A stretch of 64,000 nucleotides of DNA, from the NCBI RefSeq assembly GCF_001194135.2, contig NC_068983.1:155124984-155188983 (forward strand). Reading direction: 5' to 3'. Made by a program: the position numbers and the translations under genes. The notes beneath the pieces are model-generated. The model saw only the letters and a list, made by a program, of their open reading frames with translations, was not told the DNA's origin and did not search any database. Positions within the stretch are counted from its first letter, which is position 1. Each line of letters begins with the position of its first letter. Below, piece by piece: positions 38,426 to 51,329 of the stretch. The DNA comes from Octopus bimaculoides (lineage: Eukaryota).

Positions 38426-39388
38426 AAGCCCATCGTATATACATATATGTATATGTGATTTTGTTATATATATACTCTTTTACTTGTTTCAGTCATTTGA
38501 CTGTGGCCATGCTGGAGCACTATTATCTCGGTCCAAGCAATGTCTTGTGACTGAATTTGATTGACAGAAACTTTGTGGAAGTCCATTGAATGTATATAGA
38601 TATATGTGTATGTGTGTGTCTTTGTGTTTATTTACATCCTGGTAACTTAGTGGTTGAGTAAAGAAGTCAATGAAATAAGTACCAGGGTTTTAAAAAAAAA
38701 GAAGTTTCGGGGTTGATATGCTTGACTCAACACTTCAACATGATGCCCCAGCATGGCTGCAGTTCAATGACTGAAATCATTGTTGTCATCCTTTAACATC
38801 TGCTTTCCATGCTGGCATGTGTTGGATAGTTTGTCAAGAGCTGGTGAGCCAAAGGACTGCATCAAACTCTATTATCTGCTTTAGGCATGGCCTCTATAGC
38901 TTGATGCCCTTCTTAATGTTAACCTCTTTGCAACATGAACTGGGTGTTTTTTTTACACGGTACCATCACCAATGAGGTAGTCAAATAACTTGCAAGATGT
39001 GAGACCTTTCATTTGAGTAGGGGGTAGTATTGAGGGAAGTGGTTTCGTATAGGGCAATAAGTTGACAAGCGGGACATAAACAGGTGTTTTTAAGTAGCAT
39101 GGCTACCTGAACTGGAAAAGGGGAGAGAGAGAGAGAGAGAGGTAGTGAAGATGATGTGCCAAGGTATAACGTTAAGTTACAGGGAGGTGAATTTAAGTGA
39201 AGAGGTAAGGAAGATTGGGCTAGGATAAGTGGGAAGGTGTACTGTATATAATGTAGTTTAAAGATTATATTCAAGACTCAATATCTATAATGTTAGAGTG
39301 AATAAACATTGTTATAAATAATTTAATTGTACAACTGTAGGATATATTGATACATGTATATATATATATATATCATCACCATCATCAT

Positions 39389-39511
39389 ATGTCTGCTTTC
39401 CATGCTGGCATGGGTTGGACGGTTTGACTGAGGTCTGGCAAGCCAGGAGGCTGCACCAAGCTCCAATCTGGTCTGGCAAGGTTTCTACAGCTGGATGCCC
39501 TTCCTAACACC
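39389..39511 (-). mobile_element. RTE-clade 3' tail
   Basis: Reverse complement of 40051-40196. Confidence 0.85.
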
Positions 39512-39779
39512 TATTTTATATATATTTCGCTTAAGCATTGCAATACTAACAACCTCATTTAGAACTCAATATACATAAGCTTCAGAATGAAGCGTTAATC
39601 AAACACATGTTGGTAATATGGAAAATGAGATGACGAAGAAATAAACAATTATCGTGTGAGGTTCATTAGCTGCATGTTGTAGCAGAAACAGCTGTAAGCT
39701 AATGAAGTTCCTAAGATAATTGTTTGCTTGTGCATATGTATGTAGAAATGAGTTTATATATGTAATATGTATATATATA

Positions 39780-40031
39780 CTGAGTCGGTGCATAATTATT
39801 GCAGCTTTTTCTTAACAAATTTTATTCAACTAAAATAATAACAATATTTAACAAAACCATCCTTAAATGACAGTCTGACCATCTGCCAAGCAAATGGGAA
39901 GCAGTAATTGAAGTAGATGGTGAATATGCTCCGGAATAATCATTTAAAGATGTTTTTGTTATATGTTGTTATTGTTTTTGTTGAATAAAATTTGTTGCAA
40001 AAAAAGCCGCAATAATTATGCACCAACCCAA
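39780..40031 (+). mobile_element. Mariner (Tc1/mariner) internal-deletion derivative / MITE
   Basis: Long TIRs CTGAGTCGGTGCATAATTATTGC / GCAATAATTATGCACCAACCCAA, similar to Hsmar1/MADE1-type ends; TA on the left; 39877-39939 encodes DHLPSKWEAVIEVDGEYAPE*, a mariner transposase C-terminus. Confidence 0.9.
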
Positions 40032-40050
40032 CATATATAAGTATATATAT

Positions 40051-40200
40051 CTCGGAGTGGTTGGCATTAGGAAGGGCATCCAGCTGTAGAAACTTTGCCA
40101 GATCAGATTGGAACCTGGTGCAGCCTTCTGGCTTGCCAGTCCTCAGTCAAACCGTCTAACCCATGCCAGCATGGAAAGCAGATGTTAAACGATGATAGTG
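40051..40200 (+). mobile_element. RTE-clade 3' tail
   Basis: GGAGTGGTTGGCATTAGGAAGGGCATCCAGCTGTAGAAAC...CCATGCCAGCATGGAAAGCAGATGTTAAACGATGAT. Confidence 0.88.
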
Positions 40201-40208
40201 ATGATAAA

Positions 40209-40367
40209 ATTATAATAAGGGCAACCACATTGTAGTGCCACATGCTAGAAGATAATATCAACTGACTCTAATTCAACCAGACACTCTGTAATAAATAAAG
40301 TAGTTTTAGAGTCATTTGACATCTTCTTCTAGCATGTGCACTACAATGTAGTTGCCCTTATTATAAT
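40209..40367. repeat. Long inverted repeat (about 63-bp arms, 34-nt loop)
   Basis: ATTATAATAAGGGCAACCACATTGTAGTGCCACATGCTAGAAGA...GACTCTAA pairs with TTAGAGTC...TCTTCTAGCATGTGCACTACAATGTAGTTGCCCTTATTATAAT. Confidence 0.9.
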
Positions 40368-40860
40368 CATATAAAATTATTATCATAAAAAATTATATAC
40401 TTTGTATTANNNNNNNNNNNNNNNNNNNNNNNNNNNNNNNNNNNNNNNNNNNNNNNNNNNNNNNNNNNNNNNNNNNNNNNNNNNNNNNNNNNNNNNNNNN
40501 NNNNNNNNNNNNNNNNNNNNNNNNNNNNNNNNNNNNNNNNNNNNNNNNNNNNNNNNNNNNNNNNNNNNNNNNNNNNNNNNNNNNNNNNNNNNNNNNNNNN
40601 NNNNNNNNNNNNNNNNNNNNNNNNNNNNNNNNNNNNNNNNNNNNNNNNNNNNNNNNNNNNNNNNNNNNNNNNNNNNNNNNNNNNNNNNNNNNNNNNNNNN
40701 NNNNNNNNNNNNNNNNNNNNNNNNNNNNNNNNNNNNNNNNNNNNNNNNNNNNNNNNNNNNNNNNNNNNNNNNNNNNNNNNNNNNNNNNNNNNGGGGTCTA
40801 TGTACATATGTATTTCCACTATCTGTGCTGTGTGAATGCTTCTATATCTATCTCTGTTTC

Positions 40861-40900
<40 letters not shown>

Positions 40901-43900
40901 CCCTGGGGGTGGTTTATCTTTGATATACTTTTGATGGCCAGGTTTATCATTGGGTTTGCACAGGTGTGTCTCTGTATGTGTGTGGGTGTGCATGTGTGTG
41001 TGTGTGTGTGTGTGTGTATGGGTGTATGTGAAACCAGGTTTTGTGTTTTGATATGATATAATTCTGAGGAGCAGGATGATAGAGGAAGAAATCTATTAAG
41101 ATTAGAGATATGGTGTATGTGTATACACATCTGTTCATTTGTGAGTGTACTTTGTGTGTATCTGTGTGTGTAATGTGTGTGAAAGCAAGAGAATTTATCT
41201 TTGCTACATGGGCTACATGTGAAGGAATTTTCTTCACACTAAGCATACATAGTTTGTGTGTGTGTAGCTCTAGTGTATCTGTGAATCAAGATTGATATAT
41301 TAAATAGGATATGTGTTTGAACAGATCTTCATACTAAACACAGATAGTTATATGCAATGTGTCTGTGTGCATACAGAGATTTGTGTCTGTGTGCGTAGTT
41401 TTGTGTGTTTAAATTCAAAACCTTCAGCTAAAGTTCAAATCTTACTTTGCTGTCTTCCACTTTGATGAAACAAGTAATAGTATCTTTCTTTTGGGAGAAG
41501 CGGTGGTGGCAGTGGGGTTATTTAATCAATTATAATGCTTCCCACCTGTCTGTTTATCTCTGCTCATTTAAATCCGTTTTATCATGCTACTTTATATGTG
41601 TGAAATAGATGTTGTTCTGCTGAGGCAACTGTTTGAATATCTGAACACTCTTTCCATTGCTCAGCATTTAACTGAGACCTATATGCGATCACTTCAGTAG
41701 ATAGAAAAAGTAGGCAGATTTCTATTAATCACTTCCTATAGTATTATGACAGTGAGAAAGCCATATCATATAGTGTAGTCCTATATACACTATGTCACTA
41801 AAAAGGAAGGGCCAGAAAGCCTTTGTACTTGTGCATGTTTGATCAGGCGGATAATATGCTATAACAGCTGTAAAGCTAGAGTTAGGCCTGAATTATTTGT
41901 CAATCAGGCAAATTATATGATATATTATGCAGTTGTGTCTTTGTCTCATCTACAGATTTATATTAATAACTGTTATAAAATCTGATGTTATGACAATGCA
42001 GTTAGTCTGTACAGCACTTTGTTTGTCAGTCTCTCTTTCTATGTATCTGTTTGTCTGTCTATCTACCTGTCTCCTCTTCATGTCCATTGACCAGCTTGGC
42101 TCTAGAGCTCATCCCCAGTTACCTTTTCTTGATAGAATATCATCCAACTTCTAAAAGATTTGGTTACGCAGCTCTTTTCAGAATAAACCCTTTATGACAT
42201 AACATGTGAATGTTGCAAGACCTTTCAGAAAATCATAATAGATGAACATAACTACAGGCGTACTTGATACAGCACTTTAATAAGTGAATATAACAAAGTA
42301 CCAGTTGAGCACTGGGGTTAATGCAGTTGACTTTACTACTCTCAGGTATGACTATAAAATTCTGCAACCCTCTGCCAAGCCAGGTCAAGCCAGTGTGAAG
42401 AGTAGGTTCATCAAACCAGTATAATCTTATGGTCTCCATACCAGACTGTGTCAGGTGGAGGGAACATGCTGAGTCCTTCATCCTACAGTGGACTGAACAT
42501 AGGCAATCCAATCCAGTCCTGTAACAATCCTCTAGAACCTAACATCAGATGAATATAACAGCCTTTTATGACAAATATACCAATTTAGAACATGAAAACA
42601 GGTAAACATGGACACACCTGTTTAGAACGTAATACCACTGTTCAGAGCATAACCACAGGTAAACATAACACCATCTTTTAGACATAATTAGCAAGTAATA
42701 TTGTCAGAACTATTTAGAGCAACATAACAGGTGCACAAGATACAAATTAGAGGAACATAATAGATTAATCGGTATGGTTACAAAACTGACCTGCTTTAAT
42801 TAGCAGCCAAATTCCCATCAAATCATTCCTTATTTTAAACACATTAGGTAATGTGTATATTTAGAATAATGATCTCATGGATATATTATTTATATCTTTA
42901 ACAAAGATTGGATAATTGCAGCTTGAAGGCCTTTAATCTGCAGTCTGCTTTGCCAGGACTGAGAGGAGGTTGATCAAATTATAAAGAAGTGATAAAAAAT
43001 AAACCCAAAATGTCTTTATGAATTTCTTAACTCATAATTATAAAGTTTCGCTGTAGTTCTGTAACAGTGTCTGCTTAAAGAACCTTTTTCAATGAAAAAT
43101 AATTACCAATGTCTCTTTGACACAGAATTGAATCATGCACCTCTTGTTTACCAAGCTTACGTGCTGATTATTGCATGCGACATAGGGATGTTGCATAATG
43201 TAAATGCACATGTGAGTGTTATTTGGCTTTATCCAAGATATGATTCCAGTGCCTCTCTGCATGTAGATGTAAAAGAAGTATGAGATGTGATGAGGTTCAA
43301 ACTTTTCTTTGGGTGTTGGGGGTTAGCAGTAACCAAAATGTTAAGCTAACACCACCGTCGCTGCCACCACCATTCAAGAATTGAAACTGATTACCATTTG
43401 ATCGGACTTCCTTGAAAACTGAACGGGTTGTTTGTATCAATCAAAAAACCATTTAATTTCTTTTAGTTCTTTGTTTCATTATTCTTTGCAAAATTGTCCT
43501 TCCTGATCCCACCCGCTGTTTTTACACATCCTTTAGCTTCAAATACTTTTACACAACACACACACACACACACACACACACAACACACGCACAACACACA
43601 CACACACACAACACACACACACTACACACACACACACATGCACACACACACATGCACACACGCAACACACACAACACACACACAACACACACACACATAC
43701 AACACACACACAACACACCCACCCATACTCACACAACACACACACACACACACACACACACAACACACACACACACACACACAACACACACCAATTCCAA
43801 ATAGTTTGTTGATTGTTTCAGATCTCTTTGTTGCTGTTATCATTTTCAGATTAGCCCCTTCTAAACATGTAGGCATTCACACAAACATATATACACACAT

Positions 43901-44205
43901 ATACACACCCCATAGCTTGTTGATGTTTGCATGTTTATTTGACATTTTTTCTTCCATTGTTCTTGCTGTTGGTGTTGTTGTGTTTGTTTGTCACATCCGG
44001 CTGGTCCATTCTATTACACATGCTCACCAACATGTTTTTGCATGTACACATACGCTCATACCCCCACCTCACCCCTACCACCAATCCCAGTTTATTGTTG
44101 GCCCCTATTTAGGTAATTTCCTGCTGCTATTACTTGTGTGACATATGTGCACATGCATTCTTGCCCCTTTCTCTCTCTCTTTCTCGCTTTGTCTGCCCAT
44201 CTGTC

Positions 44206-44238
<33 letters not shown>

Positions 44239-44608
44239 TCCGTCTCCCTCTCTCTCATTCACACACACCTTTCTGTATGTCTGTCTCTATATCAAATGCA
44301 CCCCTCTCTCTCTCTCTCTCTCACCCTCTCTCTCTCTCTCTCTCACCCTCTCTCTCNNNNNNNNNNNNNNNNNNNNNNNNNNNNNNNNNNNNNNNNNNNN
44401 NNNNNNNNNNNNNNNNNNNNNNNNNNNNNNNNNNNNNNNNNNNNNNNNNNNNNNNNNNNNNNNNNNNNNNNNNNNNNNNNNNNNNNNNNNNNNNNNNNNN
44501 NNNNNNNNNNNNNNNNNNNNNNNNNNNNNNNNNNNNNNNNNNNNNNNNNNNNNNNNNNNNNNNNNNNNNNNNNNNNNNNNNTTCTTTTCACCCCCACCCC
44601 CAGTCTCT

Positions 44609-44644
<36 letters not shown>

Positions 44645-44694
44645 GCACAAACATCCTTCTTTTCACCCCCACCCCCAGTCTCTTAACACACACA

Positions 44695-44730
<36 letters not shown>

Positions 44731-45799
44731 TGCATGCATGTCATATGAATGAAAAATGCCCAAGGCAGTCAGATGGGGTGTTTTTCTGTGAGAAGGGTAT
44801 TGTAGTGGTGGATGTGAAGTGTTTCCTCCTAACCCTTTAAAAAGTACTCCTGACCTTTTCTATTCGACCTGACTTTTGGCCTCTAGTCTTCCCTATTCAT
44901 CTCCCCACACCCCCAACTCTGCATGCCACTTTCTTTCATTACAGACTCTATCAAATGTGAGAGAGAATGCGTTTGTGTGCTGTTCATAAGAAAGGCATGA
45001 ACATAACAGCAAGCTTTATATCCTTGTCAGCTTCCACTGAAGGAAGAATTAGCAACAGACACAAAATGATTAATAATTTTAAATGAGGGCTATAATTATC
45101 ATCAGGGTATAGCTAATGTCACTACTTCAGTATATACTGATCAGTATTTAGTCTTGCTGAGTAATATTTGCATTGCTGAAGAGGTGTGATAAGACTGAAA
45201 CATGTATGTTACTTTCACCAGTCACCTTTAAAGAAGAGTCAATTGTTTATATTTTACTAAAGCTTCAATCAACGGATTTTATCAAAATTACCTCCCTTGC
45301 TTGATTTTATATTTTAAGTATCCATAGTGGTTTCTACTTTTTGATTACTTGGATTAGCTCAATAGATCAAAGTTCTTCAATCCCTTGTATGATAGCTGTG
45401 AAGAAGTACACTTCTTAAGCCTGTGGTCTCTGGTTCAGTTACACTGCATGGCACTTTAGGCGCCAGGCTGGTGAAAGCCTTGAGTAGATTTAAGTAGACA
45501 GAAATTGAAAGAAACCCATTGTAAATGTATACGTGTATTGGCTGTCTTGACATCTGCATGATAGTTGTAAGCAAGTGTCACCATCATGCAAGTGGTACTT
45601 TTCATTTCCAATCTTCCATGAAAACCTGTGTGGTCCTGAGGAAATATTACCTTACTTGAAAATTAATTAGTGTTGGCATGAGGAAGGGCATCTGGTTCTA
45701 GAAAATCTGCTTCAACATATTCTGTCTGACCCATGCAAGTATCGAAAAGTGGAAGTTAAAACAATGGTGGTGATGATGATTAAACCTAAAAGTATAAAA

Positions 45800-46100
45800 G
45801 ACTGGAGTCAGCTGAATGGTATTTCAACATGGATCACAAATCATTTATGCCTTTATGGAAACCTGCCGAAAGTTAGCAAGAAGATCAGGCAAAGACGGCT
45901 GCGACTATCTGGTCACTGTGTGCACCACCCTGAATTGGAAGCATCCGAACTAGTCTAGTGGAACCCACTTCATGGTGATAATGTAAGAAGAGGAAAACAT
46001 CATCACACTTATATCGACAACTTGATTTCAGACACTGCCCTGGGATGTATCCAGGACCTTGAGGCAGTGATGTTGGACCAAAAAGTGTGGTGGGTGGGCT
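45800..46100 (+). mobile_element. RTE-like LINE ORF2 C-terminal fragment (pseudogenised), distinct family
   Basis: LYGNLPKVSKKIRQRRLRLSGHCVHHPELEASELV*WNPLHG...RRGK...TYIDNL..DT...L..VMLDQKVW matches the RRLR.GH / W.P.G..RG...TY.D / M.DR..W pattern following the RT domain of RTE-clade elements; one in-frame TAG. Confidence 0.85.
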
Positions 46101-47121
46101 TTGTTGCTGCAGCTGGGTTGGAACCCAGCCATAACAAAATAATAAATTTATGACTATTACTTCTGCTTTGTTCATTGCCCCTGAATAATGAAATGTTGAT
46201 GAGCATTACATCTTGAATAAGTTGTCATACCGCATATCCCGCCTCCCCCACACACCCACATGCCTTGTCCATTTCTTTGAAATTTAACTTGTTTTAATTT
46301 ACTCCGCATATGTAATATATAATGTGTGTGTGAGTGGGTTGGAGGTGTTCACACAAACATTCACATTCGCACACACATATAGGCATGTATGTGTGTGTGT
46401 GTGCGCATGCGCACATACATCTACATTCACACATGCGAACATGTGTATGTACATGTGTGTGTGTGTGTGTATGTCTATATACTTTTGTGTGTGTGTAAGT
46501 ATATATACTCGTGTGTGTGTGTGTATATGTATATATACTTGTGTGTGTGTGCGTGTATGTATATATACTTGTGTATGTGTGTGCATTAGTGTATCTACAT
46601 GTCATGGACACACACACATTCCACATGCATACATATCAATACTAGATGTAAAAAGGAAGAAATACATTTGCATTGAAATCCATTGAACATGCCACAGTTG
46701 TCTGGCGAAAAGACCTTCAAAAGCCAATTACATGATTAATTAATTAATTAGTTAGTTAATTACAAAAAGTAAATAACAACCTACGCATGTGTTTTAATTG
46801 GCAGAATGACCCTTCTAAATACAATACACACAAAAAAAAGCAAGGTTGTCCCGTGGAACCATGGGTAATCTTAAGTGGGTTAAGATCATGAATCTGCTTG
46901 ATGAGGGCTCATTAATGTGGACCAAACTACAACGGTGTTAATGTAGAGTGGAGACTGCACTCAAGGTTTCACTTTGTGCTGCTGAGTTTAAAGTTAAGTT
47001 TGCTTGGTGGAGTATTCTTCCAAGCTGTTGACTGCAATTACAGAAGCTGCTTGAGTAAATGAATAAGATATTGGACTCCCTGCTTATAAATGCTAAACTC
47101 AAGTCCACTGAATTTGTTTAA

Positions 47122-47345
47122 CCCTTTTATTACTGTATTTATTTTGAGATGCCCTGTGCTTCTTTGAATTAATTTTGAATATAACAAAGAATTTAGTAAA
47201 ATAACTTAGTTATCATTAAGCTGGTGTTAGGAACATAAATTGTGACTAAGGTTTGGTGGAAGATTTTAATGCAGAACCTTTGAAAAGAAGAAACATTTGT
47301 ACTACAGAACCGCAGGCGGTTTCAGCTGGGTTTGTATTGAAGGGG
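47122..47345 (+). mobile_element. piggyBac-like MITE, family P2
   Basis: TTAA at 47118-47121 and 47346-47349; body matches 16335-16553. Confidence 0.85.
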
Positions 47346-47547
47346 TTAAATATCTTTTGTTGTTGTTAGGTAATGGTGATACAGTGACACTACATGTTAA
47401 AGAGACAGTTTTGTTGTTGGTTTTTAAGAGATATTACAACTGTAACTAAAGGGACTTGTCAGTCTGCCTCATGGTCCTGGTAGACAAAATAGAAAAGGCG
47501 TTGCCCCAGATGATGGCAAAGGAGATGCGCTGAAACAGCCATATCTA

Positions 47548-47935
47548 AGTTAAGTTGGCACTCCATCGCTTACGACGTCGAGGGTTCCAGTTGATCCGAT
47601 CAACGGAACAGCCTGCTCGTGAAATTAACGTGCAAGTGGCTGAGCACTCCACAGACACGTGTACCCTTAACGTAGTTCTCGGGGATATTCAGCGTGACAC
47701 AGTGTGACAAGGCTGACCCTTTGAATTACGGGCACAACAGAAACAGGAAGTAAGAGTGAGAGAAAGTTGTGGTGAAAGAGTACAGCAGGGTTCGCCACAA
47801 TCCCCTGTCGGAGCCTCGTGGAGCTTTAGGTGTTTTCACTCAATAAACACTCACAACGCCCGGTCTGGGAATCGAAACTGCGATCTTATGACCGCGAGTC
47901 CTTTGCCCTAACCACTGGGCCATTGCGCCTCCACT
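47548..47935 (-). mobile_element. SINE family G, full length, young, with TSD
   Basis: A-box TGGCCCAGTGG and B-box GTTTCGATTCC on the minus strand; short AACTT tail; 12-bp TSD CAGCCATATCTA (47536-47547) / CAGCCATCTCTA (47936-47947); CpGs largely intact. Confidence 0.93.
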
Positions 47936-48247
47936 CAGCCATCTCTAACCCAATAGCTATGAGCAGAGATGAAGTCCAGGGCCAAGAAATCAGTTTGTGG
48001 TGGTAAAAAGTTGGGCTCTTTGATAGTCTGAGATTCATTATTGTCTGAAAAATAGAAAGGACGATATAGTTACACTTGTTTGGTCAGTTCTCCTGATGTT
48101 GCAATGGTGTTCATGTATGCGCGCATTCTTGCAGACACACACACACTGTAAATTAGAGAAGGATTAGATCATGACTCACTCCTCATACGCTAATGGTGTA
48201 AACAAAATTTTCAGTATGCTTTTATTACTCTGTGTAATAAGGGAGTA

Positions 48248-48282
<35 letters not shown>

Positions 48283-49289
48283 AGACTTGTACAAAATTGC
48301 TGTAAAATTCAGAAAAATAAGAAAAGTTTTTATCAAGTGTAAATACACACACACACACATTCTCTCTCTTCCCCTCTCTCTTTGTGTGTTCTGTTTTTCT
48401 TATTCTCTCTGTCTCCCTCTCATCCTCACATGAACATGCACATATGCTCACACACACACACACACACACAAGCAAGCATATTCTTTGTATGCTCTCATAC
48501 ACAATCTGAATGCGGGTTCTGTGTCCTCTCTGCTGTAGAGTATTGATAAGATGCACAACCGTTGAACATACGCACAGGTACACACACACACATCTACACA
48601 GGCTACCATGTGTATAAAGCAATATCAGTAATCATTCATACATACATACATATAATGCCTTTATTTAACACTGACTTGCCACTGTCTTATCACACATAAA
48701 CAAGAATACAGTTTCTAAATCAATTAAAACTGTTATTGATTCAACAAAAATTAGTGTTGGAGAATGCTTTCAGTAATGGTAGTGTCTCCTCTATTTCTAC
48801 TGTTTTTGTGGCTATAACGAAAAAACAAAATTGAACATACTGAAGAGTAACCCCTTAAGTCTTCATTGACTTCAAGTTCTGCTTGGCAAGGAGTGTGCTG
48901 ACCCCTAGCACATTTGTTGAAAGGTGAGTGAGAGTAGCAAAACAGTCTACAAGAACGGGTCTACTTTTAGTATCATCCTGACAACCTGAGAATACAGCCA
49001 TGATACATCACATCTCATCAGGGTAATTCTAGATTTTTGAGATTCCTCTCCTTTGAACTGTGTATTGGACAACAGGACGCTTTCATGTCCACACTATCAC
49101 AGTAAAAGTAATGGCATCGCTGACAGGCTTGTTTTATTTTCATAGTCAATTCTGCATAAATCGTCACTATTTTATTTTTATTTGTCTTTGTACTCTCCCT
49201 TCATCTATTGCCCTTGAGACTAATAGAAGAAATAATAATAATGATAATATTTATTATCATTTTTATTATTATTATTATTATTATCATCA

Positions 49290-49329
<40 letters not shown>

Positions 49330-49567
49330 GTTTTTTTTCTTCTTCTTTCTTCAAATTTTTTCCCATTTCTCGCCGAGTGTTTTCCGTACACCTAGGGCAG
49401 AGAAACGTTGTATGCATTCCCAATTTACACACGCAAATTCATAGGTAAAACATGTATTTAAAAAAAAAAAATTTTTTAAATAAAAAAATTTTTTTAAATA
49501 AAAAAATTATTATTATCATCATTATTATTATTATTATTGTTATTATTATTATTATTANNNNNNNNNN

Positions 49568-50110
49568 ACACTGGAGATATACTATGGTGCCAGCTGTTCA
49601 CTACCAGTGAACTAAGCGAACTTCCCTTAGTTTTCGAGCACCATCTGGAGTATTTGAGTGGTTCCAAGCAGTGCTGTTTTCTGCAAGTGCTCCACCCTTA
49701 TTGCAGCCTCTTTTTATTCCATATACTTCTCAAGATTTTTTACTCACTGTTCCCAGGGCTCCAACAGTTATTGGCACTACTACCACCTTTTTCATTGGCC
49801 ACCTCCCAAGCTAACCTGTCATATCAACTTTTCTTTCTTCCCCATCGCATACCTTGTTGTCAGCTGGGCATGCTATATCTATGATCCAACATCATTTGCT
49901 TTCTTTCTCAATTAACACTATGTCTGGTTTACTATTTTCTATCTCATGGTTGCACTGGATCATAAAATCCCATAGGATCAATATCATTTTCGATGATGCC
50001 TTCAGGTTTATGTTAGTACCAACTTTTTACTCTGTCAAAATGTCCAATGGATAATCCTTGCTCTGTTGTCATGACATCTCTTATATTTCTTTCTGGGTTA
50101 GTGGCATAAT
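49568..50110 (-). mobile_element. R4/Dong-clade non-LTR retrotransposon, 5'-truncated (RLE endonuclease region)
   Basis: Across frameshifts and stops: YKRCHDNRARIIHW, WY*HKPEGIIEND, ILWDFMIQCNHEIENSKPDIVLIEKESK*CWIIDIACPADNKV, NLEKYME...AAIRVEHLQKTALLGTTQILQMVLE; (TTA)n on both sides. Confidence 0.88.
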
Positions 50111-51329
50111 TGTGGTAATTATTATTATTATTATTATTATTATTGTTGTTGTCTTGCTAATTACTTGATGACCACACTAGTGCTGGTGCTATGGAAAAAA
50201 TACTCAGTACACTCTGTATAGCAGTTGGTTGTTGAGACCATGCAAAAGTAGACATTGGAGCTTCATGCATTCTTCTTGCTCATCAGATCCTATCAAACCA
50301 TGCAACTTATGCCAGCATAGAAAGCAGCCATTGGATTATTGCTATTATTATTATTACTATTATTATCATTTTGATGATAATGATGATGTCGATATCGGTC
50401 TTCTATTGTGAATTATAGAATAGTGATTTCCTGAGTGAAACCTTTTGCATTAGACTTTGGTGAAAAATGGCTTTTACTATTATAGCATATTGAAACATTC
50501 ATTGCTGTAATTTCTCAATTCCTGCATGTATTTATGTGTAAGTGTATGTGTATTAATGTCTAACATTAGTATAAAGTCACAAATTTGAAGGGAGTGTAGT
50601 CAATTATAATCAGCCAGTACTTGACTAGCATTTTATTTTATCGAACCCAAGATGAAAAGCGAAGTTGATTTTGTCAGAATTCAAAATCAAAATGTAATGG
50701 GTTTATAACTAAATACCACAGGTCATATTGTCCAATGCTCCAATAATACTAACTATCCACCACCTTAAATGTGTGTGTGTGTTAGAGATGAATGCAAAAT
50801 TTCATGTGAAATGTCAAAAAGTTTGGGTACATTTTATTTCTGTAATTCAGTCATTGATACAATTCCACTACATCACTGAGCTACAAGCTTTGATACTTCA
50901 TAACAATTGATACTATTTAGAAATAAAAATGAAAATGAATATAATAGTTTGTGCGCTTTTGAATAACTAAACTGAGTATTTATTTTCCTTTTTATCCTGT
51001 ATAATGCAATACTTTTAATCTTCCTGGAAGTTTTGTTCTTCTAAAGCTTGATACAAAAGGTTTCATGTCAGTCTACTCTATTACATACATGTGTTCTATC
51101 ACATGCTTTTACTGTATAAGTGAATGCAGTTTTGTGTAGGCTGGGTATATACTGTGTTTTGTTGAGTATTTTTGTTTTTCTCTTGTATAGAAAGTACTCT
51201 ATGCAATGTGTACAGTGCTTTGTAATGCTATTTTCTGTATGTTATGCATGCAAGTCATAAGGTTTTACATATGTATTTATTTGTCTGCATATTCTTTGTT
51301 GTTGTTTTTTTATATCCACCTCAAGGTGC

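Noticed and set aside
49455-49510. Repeated A7-T6 palindromic runs
   Set aside because: Low-complexity slippage product next to a gap; no structure beyond that.
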